64,000 bases of DNA from NCBI GenBank assembly GCA_963846525.1, contig CAWJWE010000001.1, forward strand, positions 164,192 to 228,191, written 5' to 3'. The translations under genes were made by a program, and so were the position numbers. Under the pieces are notes generated by a model. The model searched no databases, was not told the DNA's origin, and saw only the letters and a program-made list of their open reading frames with translations. Below, piece by piece: positions 1 through 9,839 of the stretch. How positions within the stretch are numbered: the stretch's first letter is position 1; every line of letters begins with the position of its first letter. This DNA comes from an uncultured Actinomycetota bacterium. Its GTDB lineage: Bacteria; Actinomycetota; Actinomycetes; JACCUZ01.

Positions 1-1094
1 TGCGGGACACCGTCGTCGGCCCGGCCGTCCTGCACCTCGACCTGTCGCTCGGCCAGTGGGCGGCCGACGGGCTGCTCGCCGTCTTCTTCTTCGTCGCGGG
101 CCTCGAGCTCAAGCGCGAGCTGGTGGCCGGCGACCTGCGCGACCCGCGCCGGGCCGCGCTGCCGGTGGCCGCTGCGGTCGGCGGGATGGTCGCCCCCGCG
201 CTGGTCTACACCGCGGTCAACCTCGGCACCGGCGACGGCGCGTTGCGCGGCTGGGCGGTTCCTACCGCGACCGACATCGCGTTCGCGCTCGCCGTCCTCG
301 CGGTGATCAGCAGCCATCTCCCGTCCGCGCTGCGCACCTTCCTGCTGACCCTCGCGGTGGTCGACGACCTGCTCGCCATCACGATCATCGCGGTGTTCTA
401 CACCGACTCGCTCGACGTGGCTCTCCTCGCCCTCGCACTGGTGCCGCTCGCAGTGTTCACCGTGCTGGTCCAGCGCCGGGTGCGCGCCTGGTGGGTCCTG
501 CTGCCGCTGGCGGTCTCGGCGTGGGCGCTGGTCCATGCCTCCGGCGTGCACGCCACCGTCGCCGGTGTGCTGCTCGGTTTCGCGGTTCCGGTCGTACGAC
601 GAGCTCGGGCCGGCGGTCCCGATGCCGGGCCGGGGCTGGCCGAGCACTTCGAGCATCGCTGGCGGCCGTTGTCCGCGGGGGTCGCCGTGCCGGTGTTCGC
701 CTTCTTCTCCGCCGGTGTGGCGGTGGGCGGGTGGCACGGTCTGGGCGAGGCGCTGGCCGATCGGGTGACGATCGGGGTGATGGCCGGACTCGTCGCCGGC
801 AAGGTGGTCGGCATCGTGGCGGCGACCGTGCTGGTCGCGCGGTTCACCCGCGCCGGGCTCGACGAGGACCTGACCTGGACCGACGTGCTCGGTCTCGCGA
901 TCCTGGCCGGTGTCGGGTTCACCGTGTCGCTGCTGATCGGGGAGCTGGCCTTCGGCGCCGGCACCGAGCGCGACGACCACGTCAAGGTCGGGGTCCTCGC
1001 CGGCTCGCTGCTGGCCGGCCTGCTCGCCGCCGTCGTGCTCCGGGCCCGCAACCGGGTGTACCGGCGGCTGCACGAGCAGGAGTCGTCCGATTAG
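1..1094 (+). CDS. nhaA: Na+/H+ antiporter NhaA (5' end cut by window edge)
   Basis: The frame is open from base 3. The translation ([22 protein letters not shown]...[13 protein letters not shown]...[15 protein letters not shown]) is typical of the NhaA family, with many TM segments. Stop at 1092-1094. Confidence 0.9.
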   Translation, partial: RDTVVGPAVLHLDLSLGQWAADGLLAVFFFVAGLELKRELVAGDLRDPRRAALPVAAAVGGMVAPALVYTAVNLGTGDGALRGWAVPTATDIAFALAVLAVISSHLPSALRTFLLTLAVVDDLLAITIIAVFYTDSLDVALLALALVPLAVFTVLVQRRVRAWWVLLPLAVSAWALVHASGVHATVAGVLLGFAVPVVRRARAGGPDAGPGLAEHFEHRWRPLSAGVAVPVFAFFSAGVAVGGWHGLGEALADRVTIGVMAGLVAGKVVGIVAATVLVARFTRAGLDEDLTWTDVLGLAILAGVGFTVSLLIGELAFGAGTERDDHVKVGVLAGSLLAGLLAAVVLRARNRVYRRLHEQESSD

Positions 1095-1636
1095 AAGGAC
1101 GGCGGCTCAGGTCCGGCGACCGGGCACCGGCCCAGGGCCCGCCCGCACGCTCCGGTGTCGCAGAGCCGGCAGGTCCACCGGGTGGCTCCGCTCCCTCGCC
1201 GGAGGCCGACGAGCACCCGGCCAGCAAGGTCGGCGAGCTGCTCCTGCTCGGCCGGTGTGAGGGTCTCCAGTGCGTCCTGCAGCAGACCGCCGCGCGAGCC
1301 GGTGACCCTGGCCGCCGCCCGGCGTCCGGCGGCGGTCAGCCGGACGGTCGTGGTGCGGCCGTCCTGGCCGGGACCGCGCCGGACGAGCCCGCCGCCCTCG
1401 AGCCGGTCGACCAGCCGGACGGTGCCCGAGTGGGTCAGCCCGAGCACCTGGCGCAGCAGGTCGATGGTCGGCTCGCGGAGGAAGTGGTGCAGCGCCGAGA
1501 GCGCGACGGCGCCGGTCGCTGCCTGGTCGGCAGCGCCCTCGACCGCGTCGGTCATCCGGTCGGTGAGCACCAGGGCCAGCGCACCCACCACGTTCGCTGC
1601 CCGGGCGGGGTCGTGCTGGTCAGGAACCGTGGGCAT
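1091..1636 (-). CDS. MarR-family transcriptional regulator with Cys-rich C-terminal tail
   Basis: 181-aa ORF with a winged-HTH core ([39 protein letters not shown]). The C-terminus is [19 protein letters not shown]. It overlaps nhaA convergently by 4 nt. Confidence 0.75.
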   Translation of the reverse strand: MPTVPDQHDPARAANVVGALALVLTDRMTDAVEGAADQAATGAVALSALHHFLREPTIDLLRQVLGLTHSGTVRLVDRLEGGGLVRRGPGQDGRTTTVRLTAAGRRAAARVTGSRGGLLQDALETLTPAEQEQLADLAGRVLVGLRRGSGATRWTCRLCDTGACGRALGRCPVAGPEPPSF

Positions 1637-1657
1637 CGCGGTGCTCGGCCCGGCCGG

Positions 1658-2053
1658 CTAGCCGAGCTCGTACTCGAGAACCATCGACGCGGTGTCGCCC
1701 ATCGGCGCGGTGAAGCTGCCCGAGCCGCGGATGCCGGCGAGGTCGCCGTCGCCCGAGCCGTCGACGACCGTGAGCTCGCCGACCGCCTGGCTGCCGTCGA
1801 ACGTGCCCACGCTGCGCAGCACGAACGATCCCTCGCGGCCCTCGAGGGTGCCGGACACCACCTGGATGCCGACGAACTCGGCCCGGTCCGCCGCCGAGTA
1901 GGCCATCAGCCACCGGACGTCCGAGCTGCCCTCGATGTCTCCGCTGACGGCCTGCTGGACCTTGGCCTCGGTGAGCTTGCCGCCGCTGTCGCGCTCGGCG
2001 TACGGCTGCTCGTCCCAGCCCTGCACCTGGAAGGTTGCGTTCGCTGTTGTCAT
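1658..2053 (-). CDS. DUF3224 domain protein
   Basis: MTTANATFQVQGWDEQPYAE...GSGSFTAPMGDTASMVLEYELG resembles the DUF3224 family. I chose the ATG at 2053 because of the AAGGA Shine-Dalgarno site just upstream; an alternative ATG lies at 2077. Confidence 0.65.
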   Translation of the reverse strand: MTTANATFQVQGWDEQPYAERDSGGKLTEAKVQQAVSGDIEGSSDVRWLMAYSAADRAEFVGIQVVSGTLEGREGSFVLRSVGTFDGSQAVGELTVVDGSGDGDLAGIRGSGSFTAPMGDTASMVLEYELG

Positions 2054-2134
2054 CGATCCTTTATATGACTCGCTCATACGTTTGTCCAGCCCAGCCGCCC
2101 GGGAGAAGCCGGCACCCGGTCATAGGCTCCGATC

Positions 2135-2476
2135 GTGACTGTCGACCTCTTCGCAGGTATCCCTGTCGGCGACTACGCGCAGGCCGTCGCCTGGTACGAG
2201 CGCCTGCTGGGCTCCGGACCCAGCTTCCTGCCGAACGACACGGAGGCGGTGTGGGAGCTCGCCGAGCACCGGTACGTGTTCATCGAGGTTCGACCCGATC
2301 ATGCCGGCCATGCGATGCACACGATCTTCGTCGATGACCTCGACGCACGGGTCGAGGGGATCACCGACCGAGGGATCGAGCCCGCCGAGCGGGAGACCTA
2401 CTCGAACGGAGTGCGGAAGACGACGTACCGGGACCCGGACGGCAACGAGATCGGTTTCGGCGGCGGACCCGGCTGA
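2135..2476 (+). CDS. VOC/glyoxalase-family protein
   Basis: 113-aa ORF with a GTG start. The translation (VGDYAQAVAWYERLLG...TTYRDPDGNEIGF) is typical of the glyoxalase/bleomycin-resistance fold. Confidence 0.75.
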   Translation: MTVDLFAGIPVGDYAQAVAWYERLLGSGPSFLPNDTEAVWELAEHRYVFIEVRPDHAGHAMHTIFVDDLDARVEGITDRGIEPAERETYSNGVRKTTYRDPDGNEIGFGGGPG

Positions 2477-2704
2477 CCCGGTCCGCCGTGCCGTACTCCT
2501 ACATCAGCGGACGTAATGCCAATGCATGTTGCGCCCCGGAGGCGCCGAGCGCATGGTGCGACGACGGTCTCCGAGCCTGACCACGCCGTCGCGGACCCCC
2601 CCTCGGGTGGCGTGGGCAGCTCGGAACCCAACGCCGTTCGGAGGGGGGACGAAGTGGGTAGACATGCGCGTGCGCCGATCGCAGCCTTCGCGGGTGAAGT
2701 CGCC

Positions 2705-2971
2705 ATGAAGTACTCGGCTCCCCTCCTGCCTGATGGCCACGCTCTCGAGGCGCACAAGTTGGGCCTCCGCCTTCAGATGGCGGCCGAGGTGCTCGACCAT
2801 GCGCACTCCCACGACTACCGTCTGGGCCGGCAGATCATCCGCATGCAGCACATCGTGTGGTGCTTGATCTTCCTCGCTGTCCTCATCCTCGTGATCGCGT
2901 GGGCTCCGCTGGGCGACTGGTGGCAGGCGATCACCGACCTGGCTTACGGGAACACCGAGACCGCTCGGTGA
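2705..2971 (+). CDS. Hypothetical small membrane protein
   Basis: The ATG at 2705 opens an 88-aa ORF with strong G/C bias at codon position 3 and one TM helix (IVWCLIFLAVLILVIAWAPLG). I recognise no family. It lies in a visibly lower-G+C patch next to tRNA-Pro. Confidence 0.4.
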   Translation: MKYSAPLLPDGHALEAHKLGLRLQMAAEVLDHAHSHDYRLGRQIIRMQHIVWCLIFLAVLILVIAWAPLGDWWQAITDLAYGNTETAR

Positions 2972-3046
2972 TGTCCATGGCTAGCGACACGACAGAGGCG
3001 GCCCGGCCCAACGGGCCGAACCGCCCCTGACCTGCACGTTCTCCGG

Positions 3047-3120
<74 letters not shown>

Positions 3121-3204
3121 GAACCCCAGCAGCTGGCGCCTGAGGCGGCACAACCCTAGCGCAGGGGGACGCGGCCCCCCGACTCGAGTGCAGCGCTCCG
3201 ATCG

Positions 3205-3666
3205 CTACTCGTGCCCGGGTACTCGGGTGTGCTGCTGGACGAGGCGGGCGAACACCTGGGCCTGCTCCTGCGCGTGCCGACCCTCCGACTTCTGCACCCC
3301 CATCGCGGCGAGGGCCTGCCCGTCGGCGAGGTCCAGCATCATCCACGCGTCGTCCCGCAGCAGCCGGACGCCGACGATCTCGGCCCACTCCAGGCGTCGT
3401 CGGCCGATCACGTTGACCACCAGGACGTCGTCCTCCGACGCCACGACCCGCACCGAGGCCAGCCGGTGCAGCACGCCAACCGCCACGATGCCGAAGCCGA
3501 CGACGCCGAGCCGCGAGGCGACCCCCCAGCCGTGCGGCCCGCCGGACGGCAGCACCACCGCGAGCCCGACCATGGTGGCGAGCACCGCTGCGGCACAGAC
3601 GTAGACCACGACCCTCGCCCGACGCGGCCGGAACACCGTTCGGCCCGACGTAGGGCGCGCACTCAC
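3205..3666 (-). CDS. Membrane-anchored bacterial PH-domain protein
   Basis: The GTG at 3666 overlaps the hisG stop (GTGA). Two TM helices are followed by VLVVNVIGRRRLEWAEIVGVRLLRDDAWMMLDLADGQ, which looks like a PH-like domain. A gene of this type commonly follows hisG in actinobacteria. Confidence 0.6.
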   Translation of the reverse strand: MSARPTSGRTVFRPRRARVVVYVCAAAVLATMVGLAVVLPSGGPHGWGVASRLGVVGFGIVAVGVLHRLASVRVVASEDDVLVVNVIGRRRLEWAEIVGVRLLRDDAWMMLDLADGQALAAMGVQKSEGRHAQEQAQVFARLVQQHTRVPGHE

Positions 3667-4508
3667 AGCCGGCAGGCGTGGATGTCGGTGACGAGGATCC
3701 CCCGCCCGCCGATCTCCCACAGCTCGTCCATGATCTTGTTCGTCTCCGAGCGCGGCACCATCGCACGCACCGCCACCCAGCCCTTGTCGTGCAGCGGTGA
3801 CACCGTGGGCGACTCGATGCCCGGGGTCAGCTGGACAGCCTGGTCGACGAGCTCCGCGCGGATGTCGTAGTCCATCAGCACGTACCGCCGGGCGATGATC
3901 ACGCCCTGCATCCGCCGGGCCAGCTGCTCCACCGCCGGCGACTCCGGCGCACCCGTCCGCCGCACCAGGACCGCCTCGGACTCCAGGATCGGCTCCCCGA
4001 CGACCTCGAGGCCTGCCTGCCGCAGCGTCGTTCCGGTGGACACCACGTCGGCGATCACGTCAGCGACGCCGAGTCGTACGGCGGTCTCGACCGCTCCGTC
4101 CAGGCGCACCACCTCGGCGTCGACGCCGCGGTCGGCGAAGTACTTCGCCAGCAAGCCGCCGTACGAGGTGGCGACCCGCTTGCCGGCGAAGTCGGCCACC
4201 GTCGTCGCCGTCCCCGGCTTGGCGGCGAACCGGAAGGTCGACTCGGCGAAGCCCAGCTGCAGGATCTCCTCGGCCGGTGCGCCGCTGTCGAGCAGCAGGT
4301 CGCGGCCGGTGATGCCGACGTCGAGCTCGCCGGACCCGACGTAGGTCGCGATGTCCCGTGGTCGGAGGAAGAAGAACTCGGTGTCGTTGGCCGAGTCGAG
4401 CAGCGCGAGCTCACGCGGGTCGGAGCGCTGCCGGTAGCCGGACTCGCGCAGCATGTCAGCAGCCGGCTCGGCGAGTGAGCCCTTGTTGGGCACGGCGACG
4501 CGCAGCAC
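3663..4508 (-). CDS. hisG: ATP phosphoribosyltransferase (long form)
   Basis: Intact 281-aa ORF. MLRVAVPNKGSLAEPAADMLRESGY...ELDVGITGRDLL matches the HisG family. Confidence 0.95.
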   Translation of the reverse strand: MLRVAVPNKGSLAEPAADMLRESGYRQRSDPRELALLDSANDTEFFFLRPRDIATYVGSGELDVGITGRDLLLDSGAPAEEILQLGFAESTFRFAAKPGTATTVADFAGKRVATSYGGLLAKYFADRGVDAEVVRLDGAVETAVRLGVADVIADVVSTGTTLRQAGLEVVGEPILESEAVLVRRTGAPESPAVEQLARRMQGVIIARRYVLMDYDIRAELVDQAVQLTPGIESPTVSPLHDKGWVAVRAMVPRSETNKIMDELWEIGGRGILVTDIHACRL

Positions 4509-4548
4509 GGCGGGCAGGCTCCTCAGGTCGCGGTCGGTGGCGGGGTGG

Positions 4549-4812
4549 TCACAGTCGAGCGTAGACGTCGTCCAGCGTCAGGCCACGCGCCAGCATGAGC
4601 ACCTGCAGGTGGTAGAGCAGCTGGGAGATCTCCTCGGCGGCGCGTTCCGGGCTCTCGTGCTCGGCGGCCATCCACACCTCGGCGGCCTCCTCGACGACCT
4701 TCTTGCCGATCGCGTGCACGCCGGCGTCCAGCGCGGCCACCGTCCCGGAGCCGGCCGGTCGGTCGGCGGCCTTCCCGCTCAGCTCGGCGAACAGCTCGTC
4801 GAAGGTCTTCAC
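4549..4812 (-). CDS. hisE: Phosphoribosyl-ATP pyrophosphatase
   Basis: Intact 87-aa [15 protein letters not shown]...[13 protein letters not shown]...[13 protein letters not shown] matches HisE. Confidence 0.95.
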   Translation of the reverse strand: MKTFDELFAELSGKAADRPAGSGTVAALDAGVHAIGKKVVEEAAEVWMAAEHESPERAAEEISQLLYHLQVLMLARGLTLDDVYARL

Positions 4813-4831
4813 GCGGCCATGCTCGCAGAGG

Positions 4832-5258
4832 TCACGGAAGCTGCGGCAGACCGTCCGCGCCGAGCGGCCAGCCCGGGTTGTGGGCGATCTCCCAGGCGTG
4901 CCCGTCCGGGTCGGACACGATCGCCGTGTAGCCGCCCCACGGCGCCGCCTCCGGCGCCGCGAGCAGCCCCGCGCCGGCCGCGAGGAAGTCGCGCGACCGC
5001 GTCGTCGACCTCCTCCGGAGAACCGAGGTTGATCGCCAGGTGGGTACGCCGGGGACGGCCGGCCGGCACGTCGTCGCCGGCGTCCCTGGACAGCTCGTCG
5101 ATCGGGTACAGCGCCAGCAGCGCGCCACCGGTCCGGAACACCGCGAAGCCGTCCATCTCGATGCCCGCCTCCCAGCCGAGGGCGCGGTAGAACGCGGTGG
5201 ACCGCGCCACGTCCTCGACGCCGAGCGTCACCAGCGAGATGCGCGCGGGCACGGTCAT
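4832..5258 (-). CDS. VOC/glyoxalase-family protein (one apparent frameshift near 4995)
   Basis: The N-terminal frame reads [30 protein letters not shown]...[14 protein letters not shown]. The C-terminal frame reads [43 protein letters not shown]. The two join cleanly with a 1-nt shift. Confidence 0.75.
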
Positions 5259-5260
5259 GG

Positions 5261-5749
5261 TCAGCCCCTCTCCGGCGCCGGCCCGAGCCCGCGCAGCGTC
5301 ACCGCGGTGGCGACCGCGGCGAGCGCCGCCTCGCGGCCCTTGTCCTCGTGCGAACCCTCGAGGCCGGCCCGGTCCAGCGCCTGCCGCTCGTCGTCGCAGG
5401 TGAGCAGCCCGAAGCCGACCGGTACGCCGGTGTCCAGCGCCACCCGGGACAGCCCGTCGGTCGCGGCCTGGCAGACGTAGTCGAAGTGCGGGGTGCCGCC
5501 GCGGATCACGACTCCGAGCGCCACCACGGCGTCGTACCCGGCCCGGGCCAGCCGCGCCGCCGCCACCGGGAGCTCGAACGAGCCGGGCACCCGCACCACC
5601 GTGGGCTCGTCCACCCCGCAGGCGGACAGCCCGCGCAGGGCGCCGGCCACCAGCCCGTCCATCACGGTGGTGTGCCACTGCGCCGCCACGACCGCGACCC
5701 GCAGCCCGCGCCCGTCGACGTCCAGCTCCGGGGACCCGACCCCGCTCAC
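5261..5749 (-). CDS. ribH: 6,7-dimethyl-8-ribityllumazine synthase
   Basis: Intact 162-aa ORF. It carries [11 protein letters not shown] and [14 protein letters not shown], which match the RibH family. Confidence 0.95.
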   Translation of the reverse strand: MSGVGSPELDVDGRGLRVAVVAAQWHTTVMDGLVAGALRGLSACGVDEPTVVRVPGSFELPVAAARLARAGYDAVVALGVVIRGGTPHFDYVCQAATDGLSRVALDTGVPVGFGLLTCDDERQALDRAGLEGSHEDKGREAALAAVATAVTLRGLGPAPERG

Positions 5750-7003
5750 GCCAGCGTCCCCTCGGGCGCCGGGTCGGCCGTCGAGCCGAGCCCCGGCAGG
5801 TCGTGACCCATCCGGTCCCGTTTGGTGCGCAGGTAGCCGATGTTCTCCGGGGTCATGTGCACCTCGAGCGGCACCTGCTCGAGGACGGTCAGCCCCTGGA
5901 CCTCGAGGCCCTCGCGCTTGGCCGGGTTGTTGGTGATCAGCCGGACCGAGCTGACCCCCAGGTCGGTGAGGATCTGCGCGCCCACGCTGAAGTCGCGGGC
6001 GTCCGCGGGCAGCCCGAGGTCGAGGTTGGCGTCGACGGTGTCCCGTCCGCCGTCCTGCAGCCGGTAGGCGGCGAGCTTGTGCAGCAGCCCGATGCCGCGG
6101 CCCTCGTGACCGCGCAGGTAGACGACGACCCCGCGGCCCTCGTCGGCCACCCGTCGCAGCGCGGCGTCCAGCTGCGGCCCGCAGTCGCAGCGCAGCGAGC
6201 CGAGGACGTCACCGGTGAGGCACTCGGAGTGCAGCCGGACCAGCACGCCAGTCCCGGTGCCCAGCTCGCCGCGCACCAGCGCGACGTGCTCGTCGGCGTC
6301 GACCGTGCTCCGGTAGCCGACCGCGAGGAACTCGCCGTACCTGCGTCGGCAGCCGGGCCTCCGCCACCCGCTCGACCAGCGTCTCGGTGCGCTTCCGGTA
6401 GGTCACCAGGTCGGCGATCGATACCAGGGCCAGCCCGTGCTCGTCGGCGAACCGGCGCAGCTCGGGCAGCCGGGCCATCGAGCCGTCCTCGTTGACGATC
6501 TCGGCGATCACCCCGGCCGGGTTCAGCCCGGCCAGCCGGGCCAGGTCGACCGACGCCTCGGTGTGGCCGGTGCGGCGCAGCACCCCGCCGTCCACCGCGC
6601 GCAGCGGGAAGATGTGCCCGGGCCGGGTCAGCTCGTAGGGCTCGGTGGCCGAGTCGACGAGCACCCGGATGGTGCGGGCCCGGTCGGCCGCCGAGATGCC
6701 GGTGCTGATGCCGTCGCGGGCGTCCACCGACACGGAGTACGCCGTGTGCTTGCGGTCCTCGTTCACATACGTCATCGGCGGCAGCTTCAGCCGGTCCAGC
6801 TCCGGGCCTTCCATCGGCACGCAGACCACCCCGGAGGTGTGCCGCACCATGAAGGCGAGCAGCTCGGGCGTCACCTTGGACGCCGCCAGGACCAGGTCGC
6901 CCTCGTTCTCGCGGTCCTCGTCGTCGACCACCACGACGGCGCGGCCGGCCGCGATGTCGGCGACCGCCCGCTCGACGGTGTCCAGCCGGACCGGCTCGCT
7001 CAT
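5746..7003 (-). CDS. ribBA: Bifunctional DHBP synthase / GTP cyclohydrolase II (one apparent frameshift near 6342)
   Basis: The RibB half reads [38 protein letters not shown]. The RibA half reads [26 protein letters not shown]. Removing one base near 6342 restores [18 protein letters not shown]. Confidence 0.9.
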
Positions 7004-7691
7004 GCCACCACCTCCACCGAGGGGCTCGACGGACCGGTGACGAGCCGAGCCCTGGTGCGGGCCCAGACGACGAAGCCCACGACGCAGAAGGCCCCGTAGA
7101 ACCCGTAGAGAACAGCCGACGGGTAGAAGCCCGCATCGAGCAGCGTCGGCACGCCGACGGCATCGACCGCGATCCAGATCAGCCAGAACTCGGTCCACCC
7201 GCGGGCCATGCCGTAGGTCGCGAGGATCGAGCCCGTCAGGATCCACGCCTCGGTGAAGCGCCCGTACGAGCCGATGATGCCGAAAAGCCACCAGAAGGAG
7301 GCCGTCCCGACCGCATAGAGGACGACGAGCTGCGCTCGCTCGCTCCACGTCGCCCAGCGCGGGACGATGGCGCCGCCGTCCGGGGCCCCGCCGGCGTCGC
7401 GGGACCGCTACCACCGGTACCAACCCCACACCGAGACGGCGATGAAGAACACCTGCCGGCCGGCCTGGCCCCAGAGCGTCTCCTGCTGCGGGGTGTCGAA
7501 GACGGCGCCCAGGAAGACGGTGAACAGCAGCACGTTGCCGACGATGCCGACCGGCCAGGCCCAGACCCGCCGGCGCATGCCGCCGAGCGCCGAGGCCAGG
7601 CCGAAGAGCGTTGCCGATGATCTCGCGCCAGAGGATCGCCTTGCTGCCGATGTGCAGCTCGGCCTCGAACAGCCAGCTCGAGGACGTTCAC
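7000..7691 (-). CDS. ribM: PnuC-family transporter inside the rib operon, a RibM/PnuX-type riboflavin transporter candidate (about 2 frameshifts plus an in-frame TAG)
   Basis: Three frames supply fragments: VNVLE / [24 protein letters not shown] / [29 protein letters not shown]...WGWYRW. An in-frame TAG (7408-7410) then precedes ...[20 protein letters not shown]. The position between ribE and ribBA matches known RibM/PnuX genes. Confidence 0.7.
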
Positions 7692-8311
7692 AGGGGATCC
7701 TCTCGGGGAGGTGGTGCGGTGGGATGGCGCGAGCAGTCGCTCGACGTACTTGGCGACGACGTCGACCTCGAGGTTCACCGGGTCGCCGACCTGCTTGCGG
7801 CCCAGCGTGGTGAGCTCGAGCGTCGTGGGGATCAGGCTGACGGTGAACGACTCGTCGTCGACGGCGGCGACGGTCAGCGAGACGCCGTCGACGGTGATCG
7901 AGCCCTTGTGCACGACGTAGCGGGCGAGGTCGGCGGGCAGCGAGACGCGCACGACCTCCCAGTGCTCCGACGGCGAGCGCGCGAGCGATGGTGCCGGTGC
8001 CGTCGACGTGGCCCTGCACGAGGTGCCCGCCGAGCCGGCCGTCCAGCCGCATCGGCCGCTCGAGGTTGACCGGGTCGCCGGCGGCGAGCGCGCCGAGGCA
8101 GCTGCGGTCGAGGGTCTCCCGCATCACGTCGGCGGTGAACCCGGTCGCGGTCGCCTCGACGACCGTCAGGCACACGCCGTTGACCGCGATCGAGTCGCCG
8201 TGCGCCGCGTCCGTCGACGACGGTCGGGCCGCGCACGGTCAGGCGCACGCTGTCGCCCAGGTCGGTCAGCGCGATGACCTCGCCGAGCTCCTCGACGATG
8301 CCGGTGAACAT
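7688..8311 (-). CDS. ribE: Riboflavin synthase alpha chain (about 3 apparent frameshifts)
   Basis: Pieces from three frames assemble the gene: [26 protein letters not shown], then HGDSIAVNGVCLTVVEATATGFTADVMRETL...GHLVQGHVDGTGTI, then VSLPADLARYVVHKGSITVDGVSLTV...NLEVDVVAKYVERL. Confidence 0.85.
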
Positions 8312-9368
8312 CAGGCCTCCCCCGTGCCGCTGCGGCGCACCGGGCGGGCCGCGACCCGCACGTCCGGGCCGCAGCGCGTCACGTCGGTGACGTCGAGCCG
8401 CGACGCCGTCGGCCAGCGTGCCGATGCCGGTGCCGGCCAGCGACGGCGACCCCGGCGCCGAGCAGCGTCGGCGCCAGGTAGGCGACGACCCGGTCGACCA
8501 GCCCGGCCCGGACGAACGCGCCGGCCAGCGTCGGGCCGCCCTCGAGCAGCACCAGGCCGCGGCCCTGGGCGTGCAGGGCCTGCAGCAGCGCAGCCGAGGT
8601 CGACCCGGCCGTCGGCGTCCGGTGCCCAGCTCGGCGGCGGTCGCGACCCAGCGTCGGCGCCGAGTCGTCCAGCACCCGCGCGCCGGCCGGCGTACGGCCG
8701 CGCGGTGTCGACGACCACCCGCAGCGGCTGCTCCCCCGACCGTCGCCCCGGACGGCGTCGCGGACCGTCAGCGCGCGGGTCGTCGGCCAGCACCGTCCCG
8801 ACCCCGGCGACGATCGCGTCGCACTCGGCTCGCAGCCGGTGCGCGTCGGCCCGCGACTCCGGGCGAGGAGATCCAGCGGCTGGTCCCGTCGGCGGCGGCG
8901 ACCCGGCCGTCCAGGGTGGAGGCCACCTTCCAGACCACGAACGGGCGGCCCAGCCGTACGCCGGTCAGCCAGCGCTCGTTGGCCCGCTCCGCCTCGGCGG
9001 CGAGCAGGCCCGCCCTCGACGTCGACGCCGGCCGCGCGCAGCAGCTCGGCCGCCGCCGCCGGCCTGCGCGGTTCGGGTCGGCGACGGCGTAGACGACGCG
9101 GGCGACGCCGGCCGCGAGCAGCGCCTCGGTGCACGGCCCGGTGCGGCCGGTGTGCGCGCACGGCTCGAGGGTGACGACCAGCGGTGCCGCCGGCGGCCCG
9201 GCCGCCGGCCTGCGCCAGCGCGACGACCTCGGCGTGCGGGCCGCCGGCCCGCTCGTGCCGGCCCTCGCCCACGACCTCGCCGGCCCGGTCGAGGACGACA
9301 GCGCCGACGTTCGGGTTGGGATGGGTGGCCTCGCCGACCGACGCGGACAGCGCGACGGCGCGGCGCAT
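8311..9368 (-). CDS. ribD: Riboflavin biosynthesis deaminase/reductase RibD (multiple apparent frameshifts)
   Basis: The gene starts [51 protein letters not shown]. Reductase-domain pieces ([31 protein letters not shown]) appear in other frames. Its stop overlaps the ribE start at 8311. Confidence 0.85.
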
Positions 9369-9499
9369 CGCCGCTTCCTCGCGCTCGGCTCGCCACCCGG
9401 TGCTCCCTCTGCTCGGGCGCGCTCCGGGGGTCCGCCGGGAAGCCGGCGTGCGGGCGCCGACGTGTCGCCGGGGGCAGCAGGCCTCCGACGGACGTCGAG

Positions 9500-9658
9500 C
9501 GCCCGGCGTGCTGCCTCCCATCCGGACTTTCACCGTCGGTCCCGGAGTTCCACCGGGTCAACCGGCCGGGTCGTAGCCATGGCTGGTGCGTCCCGGACGC
9601 GGGTCGCGGACTGTCACCGCCGGTTCGGAATCTCACCGACCCCGGAGCACGCTGTGCG
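9500..9658 (-). promoter_or_regulatory. FMN riboswitch (RFN element) upstream of ribD
   Basis: The minus strand reads CTCCGGGGTCGGTGAGATTCCGAACCGGCGGTGACAGTCCGCGACCCG...GGTTGACCCGGTGGAACTCCGGGACCGACGGTGAAAGTCCGGATGGGAGGC. This matches the conserved RFN core blocks. Confidence 0.85.
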
Positions 9659-9839
9659 TCGTACCTGTCGCGCCCAGTGTGCCACGCAGGCGCTGCGCCG
9701 CGGCACCTGCCCGGCCGCGCATCCGGGCCCGCGGCGCTGCACCCGAAGCACCGTGAGTGCGGCGCGAGGAGTGGCGAAGGATGCAGACCCTGACTCCGCG
9801 CGTCCAGCGAGGGCCGCACCTGCCGAGGAGGACCTGCCC

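Noticed and set aside
56-2068. A 670-aa ORF on the plus strand spanning nhaA, the MarR gene and the DUF3224 gene.
   Set aside because: It is an Arg/Ala/Gly/Pro-rich shadow ORF typical of very high-G+C DNA. It overlaps three ORFs with recognisable families and has no recognisable domains.
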